Positions 1 through 11,678 of a stretch of 64,000 bases of DNA are shown one piece after another. Numbering within the stretch: the stretch's first letter is position 1; each line of letters opens with the position of its first letter. Source of the DNA: Lytechinus pictus (lineage: Eukaryota). Location: positions 806,001 through 870,000 of the forward strand of contig NC_087258.1 of assembly GCF_037042905.1 (NCBI RefSeq), given 5' to 3'. The notes under the pieces are model-generated. The model saw only the letters and a program-made list of their open reading frames with translations. It ran no database searches and was not told the origin of the DNA. The position numbers were made by a program, and so were the translations under genes.

Positions 1-2
1 AC

Positions 3-3000
3 GATTGCATTTGACAGAGGAGGCATCGGGACTCCAGTTTCCATCCTCACAGAATGTTGTAGAGGTTCCTTCCAAAGTTCCAACTGAGCATGAAAAGTCC
101 AAGCCGCTGTTGTGCTCATAGACGCCATCGCTAGAAAAGTACTGCCCTGTTGTCAAGGTCACATCCACGTTGCTCCATGTGTCTTTGGGGCATGGAGCTA
201 GAGAGAATTTAATGAACATCGAAATAATAAGACCATACTTCAATTTAAAGAAGAAATATTTTTATTTATCTCAATTTCCATTTTAAAAACGATCGAAATG
301 TAGATTTCTTGCTTTCAATACATGGTTTGAATTAAAAAAATATTTTAAAAAGCATTCAAATCCTTACTTTGGTGAAAACGGTTACTACGAACCTACATAA
401 CGTGATTACTAAAACGAATGAACGGAGACGTAATGTCTGAAACAGTCTGATTTGAAGTTATTTGATTTTTTTTTACAAAGTGTTAGAAATAAAAGATGCA
501 TTAGATGCATAGGAATATCAAATGAAATCCAGGCATCTTTTGAAAATTCAAAACCCTACACACCATCAGTATTGACGGCCATTACCATTTCCATGCATTC
601 TAATTGTGAAAATCAGTAAATTGCTTAATTCTTAAACATTTAAATATTAATTCAATGGAATCTTTAATATATAAGGCAGATCAATTAAAGTGGATGAAAC
701 ACCTTGTAAATAAAAGTTGATGCCGTAGAAAAAAATCAGTTTCTGAATGAGAAATTCATTCTATGATCTCAGGGTACAATAATGATAAATTAGTAAGGAA
801 AACATGAATGACCTTATCTTTATTCAATCATTTTCTGCACGTAAACTGTTTTATTAACGTGATTCGGTGTGGGCTACATCAACTTATATTAGTATTTCGC
901 TTTGTTGATGTAAATGTTATGGGTGGGTGGTGTTTCTCACATAAGGGATTGCTTCTTTATTGATCTGTGTTGATCTTTGGTAGAAATTCATTTTACCGAG
1001 ACAATCGTAGTTCTCTGGTGAAGTTAACCAACCACTTGGCCCGTTGCACATGTTGAAGTCAGAGAGAGCATGCATGTATGTTGTTTGGCACGTAAAGAAG
1101 ACTGGTATAGAAGCAATATAAGGTCCTGATGGTAAGGCGCCATCAATCAGTAACATCGGGTCTAACGTAAGACCGATGATGTCACAGCCTGTAATACATG
1201 AAATAGATAAAGAAAATAAAGAAATTTAAATAGCCAATGTTTCAAAAACTAATCACATGAAAAAGTAAAGAAAAAAAAGGAGTTATTTTTTCTGCGTGTC
1301 ATTTGATTATTTTTTGTTAGGGCTATTTCACATCTTACATGCTTTTTTCCTAAAAAAAAAGAAATATCAAATAATTCAATTATTCTTTTAAAGAATTGTC
1401 GTTTGATATGTACATACAAAAGAGTTTTATTTCATGCATTTTCATGAACTATTAATAATAAAAAAATTCCCCTCGCTTTAAAGGCAAATTCAATGGCATT
1501 TGTTTGAGTTCTAAAATGCGAAAAGAAGTTCGTTCTGCCATTACCCAGAATGCAATATTTTTAAATATATTTCTTATTACATATGCCAAATGGATTTTTC
1601 AATGTCATTTTGCATTTAACACGTTGTTGAGGAGCAACTTGACCACGGATAATATCCTAACATTCCAATTCCCCAATAGAGGCCAAATGATTTTCCTGAT
1701 ATTCACAGTTCATTAGCAAAATATTCGTATCAAAATATTAGTTTCCAGCACAAGAACAAGAGTATAGAGATGTAAGGTGGTGACGTTTTCACCCACCAGT
1801 TTAGTTGAATATTATTTATCGGTGGAAAAAAAACACCCCAATTGGTTCATGTCTGGCCCCTGAGCATGTTAAAATTATTGTAAATTTGCCTGGTTTCGAA
1901 CAGTCGTTGTAAGGCCACCTTACATATATGGCTAATCAGGTATTCACGTGGCCATACGTTCGGCCACATAGAACTTAATAATATCGGGCTTATATACATG
2001 AATTTCTTTCTACTAAAATCAAATTATGTAAAAAAATGTTGAAATTAAGTCTTCAAAATGACATCAAACATTTTGTAGTTTGTTTGAATGTGTCTATATT
2101 TGGTAGTTGTTTTCCTTCCTCTTCAAAATTAAACCAAAATCAAACTTTCAAGATAAAGATCACTACGCAGCTTTTCAGTTGAAAAAGGTGAGAGAGATGG
2201 ATATTTACGGGAAAATAGGTGTCATAAATCGTAAGATTAGTTCTTACATTCGGAAAAAACGCCTTAAGGACGTTCCACAGTTATGTTTGTGCGCATTATG
2301 ATCTGCGCATAGTTTACACGCTGCGCGCTGACGTCACAATGGATGAACAGGTGATTAATTAGCTGCGGGTATGAGCTGATTTTTCTCATCTTCTGCACTT
2401 TAACTGCAGATCCGATGCGTCATTTCATGAAGCTAAAAAATGGAATTATTCCATGGACCATTCAAAAAAAAATTTCTACAATTGTAAAATACTTTACTCT
2501 GCATTGCTGCCAAGAATCACGAATATTACCCCGAGTTTGAATAAATGGTAGAGTGGTTTTGATTTTTTCTTCACATAGATACAAAGCATTCGGCGCATTT
2601 TTGGTGTTTTAAAAATCACATTTGCTCTAATAAAAATGCTGATAGTTTAAAAACAAGCACATGAACCCCTATTTTTCAATGTTTGTACCTCTTAGGTATA
2701 CCTTCCTCTACAATTCCGCAATTTTTGGTGAAAATGACATGGATTTTGAATAAAGTGCAGCATTTATTGTACGTTTGTAGTTTCTTACTGAAATTTTACA
2801 TTTTTGAGTTTAGGATTTTGTTATCGTTTACGCCTTTTTAAAAAACTGACAGTGCTGTTAAACTTAAAATTGCAAACAAATAGCACTATAAATAGATTCA
2901 CCATTCTAACGATACAATTATTAACTCTCTTGCGAAATTTGATGACTTTTTCATGTATTTTGACTGAGTAATAGAGGTTTAAACTCATTGTAGTAATCTT

Positions 3001-3366
3001 GGGCGGTCTAAAAATGCAAAATTCTTTTGAATGCGCAATTCTTAAGAACATCAATTTGGGTGAACTTTGAAGCTTTATAGCAAAAAATCAAGCACATGGA
3101 CCTATGTTAATTTTTGCATATTTCGAATATTAAGGTTCTAAAGTATCTATGTGCAAAGTTTGGTGAAAATGGCATGGATTTCACTTAACTGTGGAACGTC
3201 CTTAATAGAGCCATTTAAATGTTGCTCCAAGTTTTATTTATGAAATATAAATTACATTGTATTAAAACAAAATAAAGACCTTCAAATACTTACTCTGTCC
3301 TGAAGTTAATGAAGAACTGACACAAAATGTACAAACGAGTATATATCCAAAATAATTCCACCCCAT
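3..3366 (-). CDS. Secreted or membrane Sushi/CCP-domain protein, 5' three exons (runs off the window)
   Basis: Exons 3366-3294 (signal peptide MGWNYFGYILVCTFCVSSSLTSGQ), 1188-997 (CDIIGL...FFTC...MCNGPSGWLTSPENYDCL) and 197-3 (PCPKDT...FSCSVGTLEGTSTTFCEDGNWSPDASSVKCN). All junctions are GT-AG, phase 1, and each domain has the 4-Cys + Trp CCP pattern. Confidence 0.8.
2268..3201. mobile_element. Non-autonomous TTAA-targeting DNA transposon (Kolobok/T2-like MITE) in intron 1 of the CCP gene
   Basis: TIR GGACGTTCCACAGTTA...TAACTGTGGAACGTCC flanked by TTAA on both sides (2264-2267, 3202-3205). A related fragment occurs at about 6757-6905. Confidence 0.8.
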
Positions 3367-4195
3367 TGTTAGAGGTCTTCTGCTTAATTCCAATATGTAC
3401 AAAGCAATATGTATACTATATGTATATTTAAATTTTACCAACTGACACGTTGACGGTTGACTCACTGCATTTGCTGGAGTTAATAGCAATTCCACGCGCC
3501 CCCTGAAATCCAAACATATTTCTAATCAGCACTTTCTAAATTACTAAAATAGATTTGAATATTAGTCCTATTCATAATTCATATGTCTGGTCCTACTGCA
3601 CATAAGATATCAAGTACGATGGAAGTATTCCGGAAATAATGGGCTTCTTCATTGATGTGCATTGCATTTCAATGTGTTTGAACAATATGACAAACTTCTT
3701 GTGACGTCATAAGAGATGCACTGTTATCGTCTCTATCCCGTGGATAGATACTAGTGGTATACTGCGTGTAGAATCATTGATGGGGTCATTGCCATTGTTA
3801 TTTTAAACAAAGTCAATTTTTGAAAGACACAAATCTATATGGAATTATCATTTTTATTGCCCCCCCCCCCTTCTCTCTCGCTCTTCTTACCCTGTTTCTT
3901 TCTCCAATTATACATGGACTGACTTGACCAAGACGTATAGGCCTATATTACAAAAGGGAAGGATATATAATTTGAGAAAGAGAGGGAGAGAAGTGAAGTG
4001 AAGAAGACAGATAGGGAGAAGAAGGCAATACAGAGAACGGGATGATAATTCCATATAGATTTGTGTCTTTCGAGCATTGACAATTTGTATTTGATAACAG
4101 TGACCCCCATTATCTCTAATGCCTCCCCGGCCTCTCTCTCTCTCTCTCTGTCTTCATCGCCTCTCTGCTTAACATATCTCTTTCTCTAATTACAC

Positions 4196-4422
4196 ACACT
4201 TAAAATGTTGGGCAACGTACTGTCCACTGTGTTGGGTAATGTATGTTGGTGACGAAAAATACATATATATTTTGGGCAATTATTATCAATTGAGCAAATA
4301 TATTAACCAATTATTAGTTTTTATTACCAAATTTGGGGAGATTTTAACCAATAGTTATGTGGACAGTCGGTTGCCCAGGGTTGGTTAAAAGTTGGGCATT
4401 TTTGCCCAACTATTTTAAGTGT
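4196..4422. mobile_element. Short foldback/MITE
   Basis: Inverted ends ACACTTAAAATGTTGGGCAA...TTGCCCAACTATTTTAAGTGT with internal TTGGG/CCCAA subrepeats. Confidence 0.5.
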
Positions 4423-5589
4423 TCGTCCTTCCCTTTTGTAATATATGTGTCTTGGTCAAGCCAGGCCATGTATTAAGTTAAATAACTTGTTACTCTCAAT
4501 TAATTGTTTTCATAAAATGGCTCCATCTTCTCTCTCTGAGATATTTGTGTAAAATATGAAGAAAATCACTCCAGCAGGTCTTTCCTAACCAAGTTTTACG
4601 GTCAAAGGCGCCAGAAAGCTGAAAATTATAATGCCACCCACAATTCAAGGTAAGTTGATGCAGTTGAATAATTCAAAACTGCTTTCAAAACATATCTACT
4701 TTAACTGATATTGTCATCATAGCATATCCAATACCTTTTTTTTTCTTCAACCTTAGTTCTTAGATTTTCCTCCTGTGCATTAAGACTTTGTTTAAAGGTA
4801 AAATACACTATAAGCACACTTCTATTATTATCATTAAATTCTGTTTCATATTTTTACTTCTTTTATTACACATTTTATCCCACTTTTTCACATTTTCTCC
4901 TCGCCAGTCAATAAATATATATCGGAAATAAAATGCCACGTGACACCCCCGCCACCCCTGTGCTACGCCAAAAGGGCTAGACTCTTTCTCTCTCTCTCTA
5001 TTTCTCTAAAGGGCGTGTGATTCGCAAACAGCAGACAAACTTCTTTTTGTTTTCTTTGCGTTGTCTTGTCGAATCAAACAAAAGGGTGGTGGTCACTAAA
5101 CATAATTTCTACCACACGAGCACGATTTCATCCCAAGTCGCATAATTGAACTACACAACTTAAGTCATTTCACTATTGGACTATTTGCACGAACTTGGGG
5201 GAGGTAGGCTAATCCGAAAATCGAAAAAGGGATTTTCCCGACGTTGACGCCTAATTTCTCAATGCGAGAAATTAAGGGAAAATGACGTCATATTAAATGA
5301 ACATGTGATTAATCTGAACTGATTTTTTGTTCTCTCTCTTTTGTGATCGGCACTACCGTATGAGTAAAGAAAATATTGACACCTCGTAAATCCCTAATTT
5401 AAGGGAAAAAATACGTCATTTACAAAATATTATTATACATATGGCCTGAAATGTCCTCTCTCAAATAATTTGATACCATGACTGTGTAGTATATGTCTTA
5501 ACGTTTGGATAATAAAGAGGTATGTTTAACTGTGATGTAAAGTTAGATTTGCGACAAAGTTGTCCTTGAACAGAAAAAAACATACATTC

Positions 5590-6700
5590 AGAGTTGAAAA
5601 CTGCCCATGTTGTAGCTGCGCCCAAGAAAGGGAACATACAGGATCCATCGAACTACAGGCCCAGATCCCTGCTTTCGATTATCTCGAAAGTAATGAAGAG
5701 CATAAATGGCGACCAAATTCGAATACATCGTAAAAGTCACCAATTTCTTAGCGATACAAAATGTGGGTTCCGGGGAAAGAGATCAACAGTTGACATACTT
5801 TAATATATCCCTCAGTTGTGGAACGACTCTTTAGACTATCAACAGGAATTCAAGATCATAGCTCTAGACATCAAGAAAGCCTTTGATCGTGTTTGGCATC
5901 TCGGTCTTCTGTCAAAACTGTCATCTTTTGGCATACATGGTGATATAAAAGGATGGATTTATATTTTCTTAGCCAATAGACAGCAGGCTGTTGTTCTAGA
6001 TGGCTTCACTTCAACATCATGAACATCCAAGACCATCACTGCTGGTGTGCCACACGGAAGTGTGGTAGGGCGCCTACTATTTCTTATGTACATCGACGAT
6101 CTGACTTCCCAAGTAGAAAATGGTTTTCACCTGATGACTCAACCCTACATATTGTTATAAAAAATTCTTGCCACAGAACCATCTGTGCTGAGAGTCTTCA
6201 GCGTGACTTGTCGAAAATTGAGAAATGGGCAACAGATTGGTGTATCACCTGCAATGCAAGCAAGACAGAAGGGCTGATCATCAGCAGGGTGCGAAACCAG
6301 AACCACGTACTCCTCTTCACTTTATGAACTCAGCCCTAAAACCAACAAAGAGCATTACCCCACTTGGTGACATCATCGCCAACACTTGACCTGGGCTCCC
6401 TACGTCTCATGCCTTGCCAAAAAGGTTGCAAAAAGGTTATACATATTGAGCTGCTCGAGAGATCTCCTTCCAATCAAGGCAAGGGTCACAAACTACAAAG
6501 CTTATATTAGGAGTATGCATGTCCGATTTGGGCTGGAGCTGGTACTACTCACACTTCTTGAAAGGTTACAGCGGACAACACTCCGCCCCTTGAGAATTGA
6601 AGACCCTTCCAAGGTTGAACTTTTTTCACTCGAGCACCGGAGAAATGTTGTATCTCTCTGTATCTTCTACCGACACTTCTTCCTGAAACCATCCCTTGTA
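5590..6700 (+). pseudogene. Decayed non-LTR retrotransposon (CR1/L2-group LINE) reverse transcriptase fragment
   Basis: Frameshifted RT motifs across ORFs 5594, 5816, 6019 and 6386: KKG..DPSNYRP.SLLSIISKV, CGFR..RST, LDIKKAFDRVWH.GLL.KL, QRDL..IEKWA.DW, LEHRRNV.SLCIFYR. Confidence 0.9.
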
Positions 6701-8352
6701 GGCCCAACCTGGATATTGGAATATTTTCTTCACATAAACACAAAACTTTGAATTCCATTTTGGTGTTTTAAAAAGCACATTTACTCCCAGAAAAGTGCAT
6801 AGACTTCCATTTTAATGTTTAAACCTGTTAAGTATACATTACTCTACAACTTTACGTTTCGGTGAACATGACATGGGTTTTGAACAAAGTGTAACGTTCA
6901 TTGTACTTCAAAAATTTGTGTAGAAATTTCAAATTACATGTCTATAATATGAATACGGAATATGTCTTACTAATCAGCCAATTTGAACCTAATTATGTTG
7001 ATGTATTTATATGGTAATTCATACGAATAATCTCTCTAAAAATGATTGATTTTTAACTATCCTTCACTTCCCTTACAGTTCTACGTCCATGGATCACTCA
7101 ATTTGCAATGAATTTAGAGAGAACGATTGTTTCACCCTACTGCACTTTAAAAAGGGGTGAAATTTCGTCAACAAGTGAAAATAACTCTTAATCTAATCAT
7201 TTCACTCCCTACAATAAGTTAATTAGCACCCCCCCCCCCCTCACCCACCCCAAACAGGTAAATATGCTGAGGATATTCATGGGATTAAATCAAGGATGTC
7301 CACAACTTCAGTTTGAATGATATTTTCAATTACATTTCGTCCGGATCCCCGTCAAATGATTTCAGATAGTAATGTTTGATTACACCTATTGGGTAAATAT
7401 CCGGAAATATTCAATAGGCCTATAATATGTGTAAATATCTTAAGTGGGATAGGCCACAAAATAACCCTCTTCATCGTGTTTGTGAACGTGAATATTTTGC
7501 TTTCTCGGTAGGATCATCATCCAGATTGTCTGTCCCCGACAGTTAGTCTTGTCAAAAATTGATGTTAACTTTTTATTGCTAAAAAGCTACTTGAAAAATC
7601 CTTGCAAACGATTGGCCGAGAGCAATCTAGTAAATAAAAATCACCAATCAGTGATGGTTTGCTATGGCTTGCGATTAGAAACGAAGACGTACTTTGTGTC
7701 ATCGTGTTGCTTCGTTAAGATCTCTTTCGAGATCGGTCCACTTTGGCAAAAGCGCGATGAGGGACTACGCGCGACAATAAAACATGAACGATAAACTAAC
7801 GATTACCGAAATAATCGCAGCTGTTAGTTCAGAAGATGTACGAACCCAAAATCAGTTACCATTGAAAAGATTTGTTTAAAAATGCCTTTCTCCAGCCATC
7901 GTAAGGCATATTTACGGAAATTCGGTTAGGTGTGAGGGGGCCTTTAGGTGTGAGGGGCCTTAACATATATAACTTCTTGACCACCATGATTACTCTCAAT
8001 TAAAGGAATGCTCCGCGCTGAAAATATTTTTATCTCAATCAATAGAGCGAAATTCACAAAGCAAAATTCAGAAAATTTCATCAAACTTCGATCACAAAAA
8101 ACAAAGTTATTGAATTTTACAGTTTAGCAATATAAAAAAACAGTTATATGCACGTCGTCATGAACATTCATTAGATGGACTAATGATGTCTCATCCCCAC
8201 TTTCCTTTTTCGTTTGTTTTACATGATATCACATTTGTTTCATTTTTTCATTCATGTGTAAATGATGTGTCTCTCTTGTAATGAAGTACATTGCAGCAAT
8301 TAATATCTAATGCACTTAATCTCTTGTTATTCCAATATCCTTAGTTCTTTAA

Positions 8353-9107
8353 AGAACAAGTCCACCCCAGAAAAATGCTGATTTGAATAAATAGAGAAAA
8401 TTCAAACTAGTAAAACGCTGAAAATTTCATCAAAATCGGATTTAAAATAAGAAGGTTATGACATTTTAAAGTTTTGCTTATTTTTCACATAACAGTGATA
8501 TGCACAACTCAAATGAAACAGTCAATGATGTCCCTCACTCACTATTTCTTTTGTTTTTGTATTGTTTGAATTATACAATATTTCATTTTTTATAGATTTG
8601 ACAATAAGGGCCAACTTCACTGAATCATATAGGATTAAACAATGCTCATTCTACATGTTCAGGGAGAAATTAATCATTGTTTCACTTGACAATGAGGAGA
8701 CAAATAGAATATTCCCTATTTCATATAATAAAATACAAAATAAATAGTGGTTGGATGACGTCATCAGACTCCTCATTTGCATTCCCACCAGGGGACTGTT
8801 GCATAAAACTTTTTACCTGAGAAAACTCTGGTAAAAACTGAAAACTAAGGTTAGTCTGATATCTGCCATTGACTTTAACACAGGGCAAAAAACTCCGGTA
8901 AAGACAACCTGAGTTTTCTCAGGTAAAAAGTTTTATGCAACGGGCCCCAGGATGTGCATATGACTGTTTTTTTTTAATTAAGCAAAATTATAAAAGGTCA
9001 TAACTTTCTTATTATACATCCGATTTTGATGAAATTTTCAGTGTTCTGCTTGTTGGATTTTTCTCTTTTGATTCAAATCAACTTGTTGTTGGGGTAGACT
9101 TTGTCCT
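8353..9107. mobile_element. Kolobok/T2-like MITE, family AGG(T/A)CAAGTCCACCCC
   Basis: TTAA on both sides (8349-8352, 9108-9111). Long imperfect TIRs. Same family as copies at 23187-23773 and 38592/55572. Confidence 0.8.
8792..8947. mobile_element. PIF/Harbinger-like MITE
   Basis: TIR GGG.C.GTTGCATAAAACTTTT.ACCTGAGAAAACTC with 3-bp TSD CAG (8789-8791, 8948-8950). Absent from the other copies of the host MITE. Confidence 0.75.
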
Positions 9108-10374
9108 TTAAGGAAAAATTGGAATAAAGAAAATTTCTTATCATAAAATACATAAGAACAAGTGGGGATAAGACATCATCTGTTTTCTCATTAATTATTC
9201 ATGAAGACATGCCCACAACTGTTTCACGGGAATAATGCAAATCTTTAAAATGCTATAACTTTGTTATTCCTTGTCCGAATTTGATTTAAAAAATTCAGTG
9301 TTTTGTTTGTCTGATTTTTCTTACTCTCTTCAAGTCATATTATTTTCAGCCTTCAGTACCCCTTTACATCCCCGAAGTCTTTTCATTCCCATACCTCCAA
9401 GCACACACCATGTCACATAACGTTCAGCATACCCAACCATACACAAAACACGCACACCCCCACACTCACGCGCCTGTACATGTACCTCTTGAAGCTTGTG
9501 GAAACTTGCACGGGATTTTCAGGGGGAAAAAAGCAGAATGCCAAGCCCTAACCAAGATAGAGATTTCAATTAAATAAAATTTTATTTATTTGCTTAACCA
9601 TCAAATTAAACAAAACAATACAAATTGACGACAAACTTTTATACAAAATTCCAATCATGGTAAGGTGACCCCGGGGAGAGCAAAGCTTTGTAAAACTCGG
9701 CCACCAAATAACAAAAATATACAATTATTGACAATATAGAATGCAAAGGATATCAATAACTATCCCCTTATTTTCTTTCATTATTTTTACAAAATGTTTT
9801 TCATAAATCACTTAGTTATAAACATAGGCCCTATACTGGAAAATGAAATTCGAAAAGCAAACTTTAATCTGATGGGTGTATTAATATTTCTGTAGATAAA
9901 TCATTTCTAATCATACAGAATTTCAATATCTACAAATAGTTGACAATGCAATAGCAATGATATTAATATGAGTTAATCAAAACTACGATCAACGAACATG
10001 TCAAGATTAAAATCAATATGCTGTACAAAAATAAATTTGGTTGTCTGTGATTTGTGTATTCCCTCACCTCATTCATAAGTAATTTAAGCCGAAATATCCA
10101 CTGACGTGACCTTACGCTAAAGTAAACAATGCACGGGTGGTGGCCATTTATTTACACCCTTTGTACAGGAAATGTTTCTGAACATTTTCTAAAAGTTCGA
10201 TAGGGCTATTTTATATAGCCTGAAAGCTTTTAGTTCTTTTCTTGGAATTCCATCAACTTATTTTTCCCGTAATAATCATCAAAGGAAATCATCTAGGTTG
10301 CATTTTAATAATAATGACATTTATATAAACATGTATATATGTAGCCTATCCAGAAATAATTTATTCGGAGGCGT

Positions 10375-10560
10375 ACTATTATTGTTACCCAGGCCTTAGC
10401 TCGAGCTGCCTTTCAGCGTTCTGCACATTCGAGGAAGTAATCCTGCCGGGTACCCATCCACCTCACCTGGGTTGAGTGCAGCACAATGTGGATACATTTA
10501 TTGCTAAAGACATACCATGGCAGGGATTCACATCCACAACCCTCTGTTTGAAAGACGAGA
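10375..10560 (-). mobile_element. tRNA-derived SINE, degenerate copy
   Basis: Co-linear with the SINE at 58190-58468 (GCTCGAGCT..CCTG.CGGGTACCCAT.CA.CTCACCTGGGT.GAGTGCAGCACA.TGTGGATA). Confidence 0.75.
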
Positions 10561-11678
10561 TTGAGAAGAAAAATACGACCAGCTGGCCCTACAATTGTCC
10601 AAAGTTTGTCTTTACAAACATGTACATATTTCGAATAGCCCGATGGTTTCAAAAATAGATTTACGGGCAGGGTCATTTCCCAAACGTTTCTTAAGTGTAG
10701 ACATGATAGTAAACATATTTAAAGTCGAGACGAGCAATTTCCGAACGAATTCAAAGAGATTCGAGGCGGAGGGATTTTTTTATCCCAATCTTCCTCAATA
10801 CTTTAGAGAATTACTGGTCTATGAAGTGCTAAATCGATAGATAAAATTTCCTGATTTTTTTTCCAAAGTAACTGACTCATTTTCCATAAAGATTTCATCT
10901 ACACAATGAACATGTGTTTACAGAAATATTAACATTTTCATACATGAAATGGCTCAACATTAATTTGAACATAATCCAGATTTTCATCATAAAATAACCT
11001 TTAGGAACAGCCCTCCCCTCTCAAGTTGATAGACCTATTATACTACACAAACAGCTAGCAAAACTCCCATTTGTGCATCGATGTGGCACGGACGGGTAAC
11101 GACGCCAAGCATGCCGGTTATTCAGTTAAGGTATAGAACGTACTTAATTCGATAGCATTCGTTGATATTTCGTTTGCAGTTTTCAAACTCGAGGAGAGAT
11201 CTCAGATAAGATATCCGGTCAGGTGACAATTATGCTAATTAAAAGCTCTCGTGGTAGGTGTTTCACAAAGTTGTTATATTGGACATTGGACCCAACTGCC
11301 ATGTTCTTGAGTAAAAGAAGTAAAAGAACAAAAAAAATCCATCATTTTTATTCATTAGGTAAATCTATTATCCAGTTCAACCGAAACCCGGTCACTGGTC
11401 ACTGAAGGTGAGGCACCTCCAGATGCTCAAGTACTTTACATGTATCGCGAATCTTGGCGATATGTAGCATTCATCTCATTTAAAGCATTAAAAAAAGACA
11501 TTGATAAACCAATGTAAATTAAGAGACCCATTGTCTCTGTAATGTGTATTTTTTTTTCTTGTGCCCTTGCCATCACCTCTTCAAGTAGTATAAGATTTCA
11601 TATAACAGTTCATTAGATGATATTTACACATACTTTCCAAATTCATGGACCCTTCCATTAACTACGTTACTTCATGCT

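Larger units (their letters stand above)
8004..9363. mobile_element. Kolobok/T2-like MITE (outer element of a triple nest)
   Basis: TTAA-AGG...CCT-TTAC ends with imperfect TIR (GCTGAAAAT / ATTTTCAGC), interrupted at 8353-9107. Confidence 0.6.
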
